The position numbers and the translations under genes were made by a program. A stretch of 64,000 nt of DNA. Origin: a virus. This document shows, piece after piece, positions 1-10,238 of the stretch; position 1 is the stretch's first letter, and every line of letters begins with the position of its first letter. The notes under the pieces are model-generated. The model was not told the DNA's origin. It saw nothing but the letters and a program-made list of their open reading frames with translations, and did not search any database. The stretch is from IMG/VR virus record IMGVR_UViG_3300034375_010798. The stretch is one strand, 5' to 3'.

Positions 1-2
1 TT

Positions 3-881
3 GATTCATTTAGCAGTAGAAGTAAGGAAGATAAGAGACCTAATACTGTTCCTACAGGTTTTGAAATATTAGATCATAATGATATACTTGAGGGTGGATT
101 AGCTGCAGGTGAGTTGGGTGTTGTAATGGCTCCAACTGGTGGTGGTAAGAGTTTTATGTTGGTGAATTTTGGATATGGTGCATTAGCAGCAGGTAAAAAT
201 GTTGTTCATTATAGCTTTGAGTTGAGTGAAAACAACATTGGCAATCGTTATGATAGTCGTATAACTGGTGTTCCAACTAAGGAGATTGTTACAAGAAACA
301 GAGAGGTAGAAATAAATCTTCAACGATTTCAAGGTGGTCGTTTGATAATCAAAGAATATCCAACAAAGATTGCAACAGTTAATACTTTGAAGTTTCACAT
401 AGGTAGATTGCAATCAAGTGGTTTCGATCCAGATTTAGTTATCATTGATTATGGTGATTTGATGAGGAGTCGCCGCGGTTACGATCAGAAGAGATTTGAA
501 TTAGAAAGTATTTACGAAGATTTACGTGGATTTGCAATGGAAACTAAACTTCCTATTTGGACAGCAACACAATCTAATAGAGAAGGTTTTAGTGATGATA
601 TTATTACTATTGATAAAGTTGGTGAGGCAATATCTAAGGTTCATGTAGCTGATTTCTTCGCCACATTCTCTCAGCGTAAGTTTCATATTGGTAAGAATAG
701 AATGGGTGCAGCTGGTGTTAATCTTGATATTGAAATTGATTATGGTAGAAGTTTAATCAGATTACATGAAAACAATAGTCAAGGTGGATTATCAATGTCA
801 GATAAGGTTAGCAATTTGTTGAGTGAGGGTGATAGTAGAAAAAGAATATTTGATAAATATAGAGATAATATAGGAGTCTAA
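3..881 (+). CDS. Replicative DnaB/gp41-like helicase, C-terminal part (gene starts upstream of window)
   Basis: Frame open from nt 3 (..TVPTGFEILDH..GGLAAGELGVVMAPTGGGKS). Walker A, YSFEL, IIDYGDL, WTATQSNR and KNR motifs of SF4 helicases. Confidence 0.93.
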   Translation, partial: DSFSSRSKEDKRPNTVPTGFEILDHNDILEGGLAAGELGVVMAPTGGGKSFMLVNFGYGALAAGKNVVHYSFELSENNIGNRYDSRITGVPTKEIVTRNREVEINLQRFQGGRLIIKEYPTKIATVNTLKFHIGRLQSSGFDPDLVIIDYGDLMRSRRGYDQKRFELESIYEDLRGFAMETKLPIWTATQSNREGFSDDIITIDKVGEAISKVHVADFFATFSQRKFHIGKNRMGAAGVNLDIEIDYGRSLIRLHENNSQGGLSMSDKVSNLLSEGDSRKRIFDKYRDNIGV

Positions 882-882
882 G

Positions 883-1131
883 ATGCCAGAGAGATATACC
901 ATAATGAGAACTAGTCGTTGGGGAACAACAGGAACAAGTCTTCAAACTATGGCGGTTTTGGAGAGAAGCAAATATAAAAATGATGATGCTATTAGAGCTT
1001 GCAATGAGATGATTTCCAATGATAAGGTTGGAACTAATGAAGAGTTAGAGTATGAGGTTATCTTATCAAGAGAGAATGGTGTTCAAGAAATAATTCACAA
1101 AGTTGATAAGAAAGGAACGGTGAGTATCTAA
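883..1131 (+). CDS. Hypothetical protein
   Basis: ORF with AGGAG upstream, coupled to both neighbours. Confidence 0.6.
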   Translation: MPERYTIMRTSRWGTTGTSLQTMAVLERSKYKNDDAIRACNEMISNDKVGTNEELEYEVILSRENGVQEIIHKVDKKGTVSI

Positions 1132-1352
1132 TGCCAACATATGATTTCATTTGTGAAGATTGTGATAATATTTTTGAGGTATCAATAGCTATCAAAGACT
1201 ATGATAGGTTCAAAAAACAAAGTTGCCCTCAGTGTGATAATATAGAAAATGTTAGACGACATTACACACCGACTGGTATCAAGTTTGGAGCAGGTTTTTT
1301 CAAAGATGGTTATAGGAGTGCAAAGGATGTAGGTCCGAGTAATGACGAATAA
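1131..1352 (+). CDS. FmdB-family zinc-ribbon protein
   Basis: MPTYDFICEDC...CPQC...IKFGAGFFKDGY pattern. Confidence 0.85.
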   Translation: MPTYDFICEDCDNIFEVSIAIKDYDRFKKQSCPQCDNIENVRRHYTPTGIKFGAGFFKDGYRSAKDVGPSNDE

Positions 1353-1410
1353 AAAAATAGCAATAATCAGTTTATAGCTTAATAAATTTTTATTATAATG
1401 GAGAGTAAAG

Positions 1411-1659
1411 ATGATTTCTAGAGTAGAGTATTTTGGGGCTGATTGGTGTGGCCCATGTAGAACATTCAAGCCGGTTCTTATTGATTCTATAAGTAGTGAA
1501 AAGTTGAATATGTTTGATGTAGAAAAGAATAGTGATTTAGCATCAAAAAGAGGAGTTAGATCTTTACCTACTACTATTTTATTTAACGAAACTGGTGAAG
1601 AAGTAAAAAGATTTGTTGGTAGTGCTAATAAAAAAGAATTACAAAAATATTTAGACTAA
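1411..1659 (+). CDS. Thioredoxin
   Basis: WCGPC active site, cis-Pro (RSLPT), adjacent to RNR. Confidence 0.93.
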   Translation: MISRVEYFGADWCGPCRTFKPVLIDSISSEKLNMFDVEKNSDLASKRGVRSLPTTILFNETGEEVKRFVGSANKKELQKYLD

Positions 1660-1679
1660 TAAATTAAAAGGAGTTTCAA

Positions 1680-4004
1680 TTGAGTGAAATTAATAAGGTT
1701 GACAGTTTAATTAAATATTATAATGGAGATGAGTTAGCAGCAAGAGTTTTGGCTGATAAATATCTAAAAGAAGATGAAACATCTCCAGAAGAAATGTGGA
1801 GAAGATTAGCTATAGAAATATCAGAGCAAGAAGATATTAATAAAGCTGGTAAAAAGATATGGGAAGAAAGATATTACGATCTTCTTTCTGATTTTAAGTT
1901 TATTCCCGGTGGTAGAATTATGTATGCGTTGGGAAGAGATGAGAATGTATCTTGCACTAATTGTTATGTTATTCCTATTAAGGAAGACTCAATTGAAGGA
2001 ATATATGATTGGTTAAAAGAGAGTGCTTTAACATATAGAAGCACAGGGGGTGTTGGAACAGATATTTCTATTTTAAGACCAAAGGGTATGCCAGTAAAGA
2101 ACTCAGGCGGCAACTCTCCGGGCGCTTGTAGTTTTATGGATCTAATGAGTCAATCAACAAACACCGTTCATCAGAAGTTAAGAAGAGGTGCTTTGATGAT
2201 AACAATAAATGTTCATCACCCCGATGTTTTAGAGTTTATTGATATAAAAAAGATTCTTGGAAAAATAGAGTATGAAGAAGGTCAAGGAAACGGTTATAAT
2301 AATTTATATAAGTTAGTTGAACATGCTAATATATCCGTTCAGTTAACTGATGAATTCCTCCAAGCTTTAGAGGATGAAGGTAGATATGAACAGCGTTGGC
2401 CAGTTGATTCTAATAATCCTTCCGTATCTCAAAAAGTATCAGCTAAGAAGGTATGGGATGCAATTATTAAGAATGCTCATGCTCATGCGGAACCCGGTAT
2501 ATTCTTTGTAGATAATCATAAGAGAAATGACGCACTAGCATATGCCAATCCGGCATTAACGACAAACCCATGTGGAGAACAATTTTTAGGCCCATACGCT
2601 AATTGCTTGTTGGGTCATATGAATCTTGACAGATATGTTGAAAGACAACCCGATGAATTCCCTACAACTAGGGTTTTTCATTTTGATAAGTTTGCAGATG
2701 ATATAAAGACCGCAGTAAGGTTTTTGGATAATTGTATTACGTGGAATGATGGAAAGCACGCACTACCAGAACAGAATGAAATAGCGGTTAATGAAAGAAG
2801 AATCGGATTAGGTATTACTGGTTTGGGGGACGCGTTAATTAGACTAAGGGTCAAATATGATTCAGAAGAAGCATTAGAAGTTGTAGAAAGAATAATGCAT
2901 ACTTATAGAGATGCGGCCTACAATGCATCCATAGAGTTAGCTAAGGCGAAGGGTTCATTTCCTTTGTTTGACATAGAGAAGTGGGGTCAAAGCGAATTCG
3001 TAGCTAATATGATTTCAGAGTTAGATGAAAGTATGTTTGATATGTTAAACAAAACAGGTATAAGAAACTCTTTCTTGTTAACAATGGCTCCTGTTGGTAG
3101 TGGAAGTATTATTGGTCAAGTATCATCTGGCATAGAACCAATTTTTGCAACTTCTTATACTCGTAGAGTAAGAGAACAAGATGGAGAAACATTCAAGGAA
3201 TATAAGACTTATCCAAGAATAATTGAAGAAGTTTTCAATAATGATAATAATCTACCTAACTTTGTTGTTACAGCTCATAAAATAGATCCATATTTTAGAG
3301 TAAAGTTACAATCAGTAATACAAAAGTATGTTGATAATAGTATATCATCAACTGTTAATTTACCTAAAGAAACTCCCGAAGATACTATTGCTCAAATATA
3401 TTTAGATGCTTGGCGCAACGGTCTAAAATCTATTACAGTTTATAGAGAGGGTAGTAGAGAAGGTGTTTTAATAACAGATGATGGAAAGAGTAATAAAAAG
3501 AAAGAAAAAGAAGAACCTCAAAAGAGACCTGTTGAATTAGGTGGTGTTACATATAAAATACCTAGTGGAGTAGATGAAAAACTATATATAACAATTAATC
3601 CATATAGTGAAGATCCTAAAAAACCATATGAGGTTTTTATTAATACTTTTGGAGAAGAAAGTTCAGAAACTAAAGCCTTAGCTGTTTTAGTTTCAGCATT
3701 ACTTAAGAATGTTGATGATATTGATTTCATAATTGAACATCTTTCAAAAATAACATCTTCTGCAGACCCTGTGTTTTGGCATGATAAGGATGCTCAAAGA
3801 AGACATCAAATAACCACCAGATCTCAGGCAGTAGCTATAGCATTACAGAAATTCACCACTATTTCAAAAAAAAATGATGGTGAAGAAAAAAATTATGAAG
3901 ACGGGGTTAATTTAGAAAAATGCCCTAAATGTGGCTCTAATTCATATAAAAACGAAAATGGTTGTGGTAGTTGTTTAGATTGTGGATATTCTAAATGTAA
4001 CTAA
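1680..4004 (+). CDS. nrdJ: Class II (adenosylcobalamin-dependent) ribonucleotide reductase with C-terminal Zn ribbon
   Basis: PGGRI, NCYV, TNPCGEQ, RRIGLGITGLGD, APVGS, SSGIEP, TVYREGSR; C-terminal CPKC..GCGSCLDCGYSKC; no beta subunit in window. Confidence 0.93.
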   Translation: MSEINKVDSLIKYYNGDELAARVLADKYLKEDETSPEEMWRRLAIEISEQEDINKAGKKIWEERYYDLLSDFKFIPGGRIMYALGRDENVSCTNCYVIPIKEDSIEGIYDWLKESALTYRSTGGVGTDISILRPKGMPVKNSGGNSPGACSFMDLMSQSTNTVHQKLRRGALMITINVHHPDVLEFIDIKKILGKIEYEEGQGNGYNNLYKLVEHANISVQLTDEFLQALEDEGRYEQRWPVDSNNPSVSQKVSAKKVWDAIIKNAHAHAEPGIFFVDNHKRNDALAYANPALTTNPCGEQFLGPYANCLLGHMNLDRYVERQPDEFPTTRVFHFDKFADDIKTAVRFLDNCITWNDGKHALPEQNEIAVNERRIGLGITGLGDALIRLRVKYDSEEALEVVERIMHTYRDAAYNASIELAKAKGSFPLFDIEKWGQSEFVANMISELDESMFDMLNKTGIRNSFLLTMAPVGSGSIIGQVSSGIEPIFATSYTRRVREQDGETFKEYKTYPRIIEEVFNNDNNLPNFVVTAHKIDPYFRVKLQSVIQKYVDNSISSTVNLPKETPEDTIAQIYLDAWRNGLKSITVYREGSREGVLITDDGKSNKKKEKEEPQKRPVELGGVTYKIPSGVDEKLYITINPYSEDPKKPYEVFINTFGEESSETKALAVLVSALLKNVDDIDFIIEHLSKITSSADPVFWHDKDAQRRHQITTRSQAVAIALQKFTTISKKNDGEEKNYEDGVNLEKCPKCGSNSYKNENGCGSCLDCGYSKCN

Positions 4005-4144
4005 AAGAATTATATAATTATATTTATTATACAATGGTTATATCTCTTAAAGGTAAATGTGGTTTATTTAATTTACTTAATCTTGTGTATATTTATATGT
4101 ATGCAATAATTATGGAGATTTTAACTGTGAATTTAGAGGTGAGA

Positions 4145-4354
4145 ATGCCTAAAAAACAAATAGATAAACCCGGAACTTACTTCTACGGATCTTTAAAAAA
4201 ATTAGTTGAAGACTTCAACGGAGATTTAAAAGAGATGACAAGATATATGACAGTAGGTCAGTTAACCAAGTATCAAGAAAAAAATGGAATGATATGGAAT
4301 ATAAGAACTGGTAAACTAGCATACAATCCAGAAACGAAAGAAGTCTTTGAGTAA
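4145..4354 (+). CDS. Hypothetical protein (likely start MPKKQ at 4145, not 4034)
   Basis: GAGGTG SD just upstream of the ATG at 4145; upstream part of the track ORF is AT-rich and promoter-like. Confidence 0.55.
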   Translation: MPKKQIDKPGTYFYGSLKKLVEDFNGDLKEMTRYMTVGQLTKYQEKNGMIWNIRTGKLAYNPETKEVFE

Positions 4355-4356
4355 TT

Positions 4357-4518
4357 ATGGGTGTTAAGATAGTAAGATTTTGTGAAAAATGTCTTCAAGA
4401 GTTTAAAGAAGAGATATACACAAAAAGAAAAGATTTAAAAGGATCACTAAGTCCGGATTCAATCACGGTGATGATTGATTTAATATGTGATAAATGTAAG
4501 AAATGCGCGATAAAATAA
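4357..4518 (+). CDS. 53-aa CxxC...CxxC microprotein (not in ORF track)
   Basis: Hand-translated: MGVKIVRFCEKCLQEF...LICDKCKKCAIK*. Fills the gap between neighbouring genes. Confidence 0.6.
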   Translation: MGVKIVRFCEKCLQEFKEEIYTKRKDLKGSLSPDSITVMIDLICDKCKKCAIK

Positions 4519-4940
4519 GTTGGGATGAATATGCTATGGGGTTGATTAGCCCCATAGCTATTCGATCTGAAGACCCTCATACAAAAGTCGGAGCTGTGAT
4601 ATTAGATAAGGATGGTAGAATTGTTGGAACTGGATACAATTCTTTACCTAGAGGATTATCACAGAAAGACTTTCCACTCACCAGACCAGAGAAATATAGT
4701 CATATAGTTCATGCCGAACTTAATGCTATATTATTTTCTGACTCTTCAAGATTAGAAGGATCTACTTTATATGTATCATTTTTGCCTTGTTGTGAATGTG
4801 CAAAATGCATTGTTCAAGTTGGCATATCTAAGGTTATATATGGAACAGAATATATATCCAAGGACTCTAAAAGCAACCAAGATATAGGCACAAAAATGAT
4901 GCAAAAAGCAGGCATAAAGGTAGAACAATACAGCAAATAA
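4503..4940 (+). CDS. dCMP deaminase
   Basis: RSEDPHTKVGAVI, GYN, HAELNAI and PCCEC Zn motifs. Confidence 0.95.
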   Translation: MRDKISWDEYAMGLISPIAIRSEDPHTKVGAVILDKDGRIVGTGYNSLPRGLSQKDFPLTRPEKYSHIVHAELNAILFSDSSRLEGSTLYVSFLPCCECAKCIVQVGISKVIYGTEYISKDSKSNQDIGTKMMQKAGIKVEQYSK

Positions 4941-4944
4941 TATA

Positions 4945-4973
4945 TTGACAAATAGTGAATATCTTATTATATT
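4945..4973 (+). promoter_or_regulatory. sigma70-type promoter for dnaE
   Basis: TTGACA (4945-50), 17 nt spacer, TATATT (4968-73). Confidence 0.75.
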
Positions 4974-5002
4974 ATATATACAAATTTTACGGGAGATAAA
5001 TT

Positions 5003-8000
5003 ATGTATAATTATGATAGTAAGGTTGACACGTATACTCACTTACACGTTCACAGTAGTTATTCTATGTTGGATGGTATTGGTAAACCATCTGACAACGC
5101 CAAGAGAGCTGCTGATATTGGTATGCAAGCTCTGGCACTAACTGATCACGGTTCTTGTGCAGGCTTGTATGAGTTTCAAACAGCGTGTGATAAGTATGGT
5201 GTAAAACCTATTTTAGGTAATGAGTTTTACTTTGTAGAAGATAGGCACCGTAAGGGCTTAACTGATGATGAAAAAGAAGGTCTATCAAAGCAAGAACAAA
5301 AAGAATTACAAAAACAAAGACAAGCTAACCCTCACCTTATTTTGTTGGCTGAAACAGATGAAGGTTTACGTAACATATATCGTTTAAACTACTACGCCAA
5401 CAAAGATGGTTTCTATAGTAAACCTCGTATTGATTTGAGTTTATTAGCTCAACACAACGAAGGGCTTATCGCCACAACTACATGTATTATTTCACCATTT
5501 GCAAAGTATTACTTCAAAGGTGAAACTGATAAGATGAGAACCTTATTCAACAAGATGTATAATATATTTGGTAAGGATCGTTTCTTTGTGGAATTACACC
5601 CACATGAAAAGTTCTCTTATAGAGATAACGGTGGAGATCAACACGCTCAACGTGAGTATAACTTTGCGATGGTAGAGATGTTTCGTAAGAACTATGACAT
5701 TCGATGTGTGTTAGCTAATGATGCTCACTACCCCGAAAAGAAACATGCTGATGTTCATGGGTTTATGTTGAATGTTAACACCAATGGTAAGTTTGATGAA
5801 ACTAACTGTAAGAACTTATACATTGCACCCGAAGAAGATATGCGTAGGTTTTGGCATGACAATGGACACCATGAATGTATTGATAACTCTATCTTAGATG
5901 AAGCTATAGAAACAACCAAAGAGATAGCTACGCGTTGTCACGCTCGTATTGATGTTGAATCACTCAAGGAACCCAAGTTTTCTGTTCCAAGTGGATACGA
6001 CAACAATCGTCAGTATATTCTAAAGTTACTCAAGGATAGTTTGATGAGTAAGGTTGATTCTGGTATTATACCCGAAGAAAAGACAGATGTATACATAGAG
6101 CGTGTAAAGACGGAGTTAGACTTGATTCACAGTAAGGGTTACGTTGATTACTTCCTACTCACAAGAGATTTTTGTAACTGGGCTGAGGAGAATGATATAG
6201 TTCAATCACCCGGTAGAGGTAGCGCTGCAGGTAGTCTTATCTGTTGGTTGTTAGGTATAACAAGAGTTGATCCAATCAAGTATGACTTATTCTTTGAGCG
6301 TTTTATGAACCCAGAACGTATCAAGGAACCCGATATTGACAATGACTTCCAAGATAGTCGCAGGCAAGAAGTAAAAGATTATGTTGCTAAGAAGTGGGGT
6401 AGTGCTAATATCGCTTCATGTTGTGCGTATAGTAGATATACATCTAATACTTTATTGAGAGAAGTTCTTAAGCATTACAATATAGATTTCAAAGAAGCCA
6501 ATAAGATAGCTAAGAGTATTAGTGGTCATGTGTCTCTCAACAAAGATATGGCTACTTTATCACAAATAATGGATGAAAATAAAACTGTCCGTGAGTTTAT
6601 CAATGGGTTAGAATCCTCTCAACGTGATAATATAATCAACATTCTTGATACAGTTATTGGTAATGTTCGTAACGTAACTATTGCGGGTGGTGGAACTATT
6701 GTTAGTAGTGAGCCTCTCAATGAGATGATGCCGTTGCGTATAAGTAAAGATGAAGGTATTATCACTGAGTGGCAGGTAGAAGAGCTTACCAAGATGAAGT
6801 TTCTCAAGATTGATATACTCGGTATATCCACTCTATCAGTAATTAAGACTATTATGGATGACGTAGGTATGACACTGGATGATTTATATAATCTACCTAT
6901 GGAACGTGAAGAATACTCTGATGAGGATAAACAATACTATGACAAAGCATATGAACTATTACGAGCGGGCGATACACAAGGTATATTCCAGTTTGCAGGA
7001 GCAAATATCACAAGATGCTTAGTTAACACCAAACCCACTCAATTAGAAGACTTAGCTGCTGTTAATGCTATATATCGTCCCGGTGTTATTAAGATGGGTG
7101 CATTAGATAAGTTTATCAATAGACGTAATGGTAAGGAAGAGTCTAAGAATGACATACATCCATTATTTGATGATATTCTATCACCTACAGAATACATTAT
7201 GATCTACCAAGAGCAATTCATTCAAATGTTTAACAAGCTTGGTTTGGATTTTGGTAAGGCTGATATCATGCGTCGTATGGCAGAAGCTAATGATAAGGAT
7301 GCTTGTCGTAAGTATTTGGAAGATAATCTATACAACGATGAGTCACGTATGGTTCTTTCATTGAAAGAAACCCGTAAGGTGGCTGATAAGATTATAGACG
7401 GTGCAGGTTATCTATTCAACAAGAGCCACGCATTGTGTTATTCTCAGTTAGCATACTGGACAGCATACATGAAGGCTCGTTATCCAGATCGTTTTAGTGA
7501 GGTTATGTTTAATCATCATGTGTCTGATAAGGATAATCTTGGTATTACATTAACAATGGCTAAGAGGTTATTAGATAATCCAAAGGTTTCATTGGGCGAT
7601 ATAAATAACTTCAGTAAGGATTATACTGTTAAGGATAATAATATTACTATTGGTCTTAAATCTGTAAAAGGTATAGGTGATTCTGTTATAAATAAGATTA
7701 TTAAATATCGTCCTGCAGGTGGTTGGTTAACCTTTCAAGAGTTTATTCAAGATAATTTATCTCTTAAGCTTATACCTTTTGGAACAAGAGAAGATAAGTT
7801 AAGTGGTATACAATTATTAATTCATTTGGGCATGTTTGATAATCTTCCAATTAATGGTAGTGGTGTTTTATATAGTAGAAAAGCATTATGTGATGTTGTT
7901 GATTGCCTAACTAAAATAGATTCTGAGAAGAAGAAAAGACAAAAAGATATAATGGAGAAACTTACCGGTGATAAAGATACAAAATTGTATGAATTATTAG

Positions 8001-8473
8001 GTAAGGTAAACTTAGAAAACTTGGTTTCTTGTTTAGAAATAGATATTGAAGAAGAATATGATGAAGTATATACAATTAACACAGAGGTTGAGTATGTTGG
8101 TTTTCGTTTAAATGAAGACGAAGAAAGACAGAATGTCATAGTTGACTGTGTTAAAGATATGGATATAAGTCATATAGCTGATTTTGATGACAATAACCAA
8201 GAAGAAAGTAAGCATTTTTGGTCTATAATACGCTCTGTGGAGTCTTTAAAAACTAAGAAGGGTAAACCCTACGCTAATGTTCGTTTGGATGATGGCACGA
8301 GTTTTAGGGTGTGGTGGAATAAACTGCAGTATATAAAGGAAAGTCTATTGCCCGGTAAGGTTATAATGATACAGTTAAACTCAGATACTTTTGGTAGAAG
8401 TCTCTCTTTTTCAAAGAATAGTTTTATAAGTGAGGAAGATATCATAAAGCTTTATAAAGAAGTTTCTAGATGA
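5003..8473 (+). CDS. dnaE: DNA polymerase III alpha subunit (family C)
   Basis: PHP domain HLHVHS/TDHG/NDAHY; PGRGSAAGSL, FFERF, PDIDND, KIDILG, FNKSH; C-terminal OB fold. No intein-sized insert. Confidence 0.96.
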   Translation: MYNYDSKVDTYTHLHVHSSYSMLDGIGKPSDNAKRAADIGMQALALTDHGSCAGLYEFQTACDKYGVKPILGNEFYFVEDRHRKGLTDDEKEGLSKQEQKELQKQRQANPHLILLAETDEGLRNIYRLNYYANKDGFYSKPRIDLSLLAQHNEGLIATTTCIISPFAKYYFKGETDKMRTLFNKMYNIFGKDRFFVELHPHEKFSYRDNGGDQHAQREYNFAMVEMFRKNYDIRCVLANDAHYPEKKHADVHGFMLNVNTNGKFDETNCKNLYIAPEEDMRRFWHDNGHHECIDNSILDEAIETTKEIATRCHARIDVESLKEPKFSVPSGYDNNRQYILKLLKDSLMSKVDSGIIPEEKTDVYIERVKTELDLIHSKGYVDYFLLTRDFCNWAEENDIVQSPGRGSAAGSLICWLLGITRVDPIKYDLFFERFMNPERIKEPDIDNDFQDSRRQEVKDYVAKKWGSANIASCCAYSRYTSNTLLREVLKHYNIDFKEANKIAKSISGHVSLNKDMATLSQIMDENKTVREFINGLESSQRDNIINILDTVIGNVRNVTIAGGGTIVSSEPLNEMMPLRISKDEGIITEWQVEELTKMKFLKIDILGISTLSVIKTIMDDVGMTLDDLYNLPMEREEYSDEDKQYYDKAYELLRAGDTQGIFQFAGANITRCLVNTKPTQLEDLAAVNAIYRPGVIKMGALDKFINRRNGKEESKNDIHPLFDDILSPTEYIMIYQEQFIQMFNKLGLDFGKADIMRRMAEANDKDACRKYLEDNLYNDESRMVLSLKETRKVADKIIDGAGYLFNKSHALCYSQLAYWTAYMKARYPDRFSEVMFNHHVSDKDNLGITLTMAKRLLDNPKVSLGDINNFSKDYTVKDNNITIGLKSVKGIGDSVINKIIKYRPAGGWLTFQEFIQDNLSLKLIPFGTREDKLSGIQLLIHLGMFDNLPINGSGVLYSRKALCDVVDCLTKIDSEKKKRQKDIMEKLTGDKDTKLYELLGKVNLENLVSCLEIDIEEEYDEVYTINTEVEYVGFRLNEDEERQNVIVDCVKDMDISHIADFDDNNQEESKHFWSIIRSVESLKTKKGKPYANVRLDDGTSFRVWWNKLQYIKESLLPGKVIMIQLNSDTFGRSLSFSKNSFISEEDIIKLYKEVSR

Positions 8474-8498
8474 TATTTATAATGGAAGGAGATATAAC

Positions 8499-9068
8499 AT
8501 GGCCATAAGAAGAGACAATACAAAAATGACTAGGGAAGATATAATATCCAAACCCGGTGCTTTAGCAGCTAAAATTGTTTTCAATAATCTTTATGATGAT
8601 GATTTTAACTTATGTTTCATTGGAAATGTTATGGGCAATACATTATATACTGTTCAGTTAAACAACAGAGAAAGAGCTATAGTTGGTTTTACAGATGAAT
8701 CCTTACTAGAAGCGTATGCTAATAGATTGAGAATAGTGAAGAACCTTAAAACTACATTTGGAGCTAAAATAGTTAGTGTTAAATTAAATATTTGCACACT
8801 TAACAGTCTTATAGAAACTAGTCAAGATGTTGGTGATGTTGTAGATTTTGTAAGTGATGATATAGTAAGAACTCTTATAATTAACCCTAATAATAAAGAT
8901 TTTTTTATACCTATACACATACCTGCAATGTCAAAAATGTTAATAGAACAAGGATTAATAGAAGAAGATGATATTGAAGAAGTAGCTGATAAAGAAAATT
9001 TAAAAATTTTAGAATATAACAAAAAGTCAAAAAGGTTTGCTTTTGAGGAAACCGATACTAATTTTTAA
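8499..9068 (+). CDS. Hypothetical protein
   Basis: Strong AAGGAG SD; ATATTTAT motif upstream. Confidence 0.65.
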   Translation: MAIRRDNTKMTREDIISKPGALAAKIVFNNLYDDDFNLCFIGNVMGNTLYTVQLNNRERAIVGFTDESLLEAYANRLRIVKNLKTTFGAKIVSVKLNICTLNSLIETSQDVGDVVDFVSDDIVRTLIINPNNKDFFIPIHIPAMSKMLIEQGLIEEDDIEEVADKENLKILEYNKKSKRFAFEETDTNF

Positions 9069-9071
9069 AAA

Positions 9072-9158
9072 ATGGTTAGTTATATATAACAAGATTTAGC
9101 ATCTCCCGAATAAATGTTTTTATGCTAATACAATTCTTTATTATATATAACTAACCAT
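9072..9158. repeat. Perfect 18-bp inverted repeat enclosing an inner 7-bp stem
   Basis: ATGGTTAGTTATATATAA (9072-89) / TTATATATAACTAACCAT (9141-58); inner TTAGCAT (9096-9102) / ATGCTAA (9122-28). Confidence 0.9.
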
Positions 9159-9180
9159 ATTATTTTACAAAGGGGTTATT

Positions 9181-9537
9181 ATGAGTGATGAAGAAGTTTT
9201 AATAGATATTAAAGATGAATCATTAGTTGCAAGAGTTGAGCATATTAAAGAAGAGTTGATTAAAATATCATATGCTCTTAGATCACAACTTAGTGGCGAT
9301 ATGTCTAATGAACAGTTGTTAGAAAGTGTTTATTTTAAGCAGTGGATAATTTCTAATGAAATTATTAAGAAGTTAAATGAAGGTGGAGATTATAATAGGT
9401 TATTGTATTTTTTATATGAGAAATGTGATAAAAATATATTATATTTGATGTCTCATTATGATATTGATTTTGAAACTGATCAAGATGGTAATATAACAAA
9501 AATTAATCTTGTAATATTAGAGGAACAAGATGGATGA
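9181..9537 (+). CDS. Hypothetical protein
   Basis: ORF with AAGGGG upstream, coupled to next gene. Confidence 0.6.
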   Translation: MSDEEVLIDIKDESLVARVEHIKEELIKISYALRSQLSGDMSNEQLLESVYFKQWIISNEIIKKLNEGGDYNRLLYFLYEKCDKNILYLMSHYDIDFETDQDGNITKINLVILEEQDG

Positions 9538-10006
9538 GCAAGATGATGAATATTATGAAAAAAGAGAAAAAATAATACAAATGTTTTTATCTTTGATGAG
9601 CGACATTGCAATAATAAATGATATGTCATATGGGTTCAATTCAAAATCATCAGAGATGATATCAAATAAAGATGTTACAGATTTAACTACACCTAATATG
9701 ATTTTTGATTTAATGCAATCAATAGAAGGGTTAATATCTAGTAGTCATCTTGTTAATCAAAAATTATTGGCTATAATATCTAATATTGAGATTGATAGTA
9801 AAGAGAATAGTGAAGAAGAAATAAAAATAAGAAAAGATGAGGGTGAAATAAAAAAGGTTGAAGACGCTTTAAAAAAACTAAAAGTAGAAATAGTTAATGA
9901 TAAAAATAAAGATACTGAACAACCTCAAAAAAACCCTTTAATAGATAATGCAATAGAATACTTAAAAAACAAGTTATTAGATGAAAAGGAAGAAGATGAT
10001 GAGTAA
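9530..10006 (+). CDS. Hypothetical acidic protein
   Basis: ORF in a tightly packed operon. Confidence 0.6.
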   Translation: MDEQDDEYYEKREKIIQMFLSLMSDIAIINDMSYGFNSKSSEMISNKDVTDLTTPNMIFDLMQSIEGLISSSHLVNQKLLAIISNIEIDSKENSEEEIKIRKDEGEIKKVEDALKKLKVEIVNDKNKDTEQPQKNPLIDNAIEYLKNKLLDEKEEDDE

Positions 10007-10238
10007 TATATTAACACCAGATCAAATACAAACTGCTGATACTGCTGAGCCACATCAAATACTTATGGCTGTTCATAAGAGATTGGTTAATGCAGAAAAT
10101 CTTATATCTCAATATAAGGCTGTAGTAAATGATTTGGCTATTCAAGTAGAAATGTTTAGAGATAAGAATAAAGAGATTACAGAAGATGTTGCTAAAATAT
10201 ATAAAGAATTAAATGAACTCAAAGAAGAAAAAAATTAA
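9981..10238 (+). CDS. Hypothetical coiled-coil protein
   Basis: ORF with heptad pattern. Confidence 0.55.
   Translation: MKRKKMMSNILTPDQIQTADTAEPHQILMAVHKRLVNAENLISQYKAVVNDLAIQVEMFRDKNKEITEDVAKIYKELNELKEEKN

Noticed and set aside
8486-8501. AAGGAGATATAACATG resembles the T7 gene 10 / pET ribosome-binding site
   Set aside because: It is not identical and has no vector context; best read as a natural strong SD.
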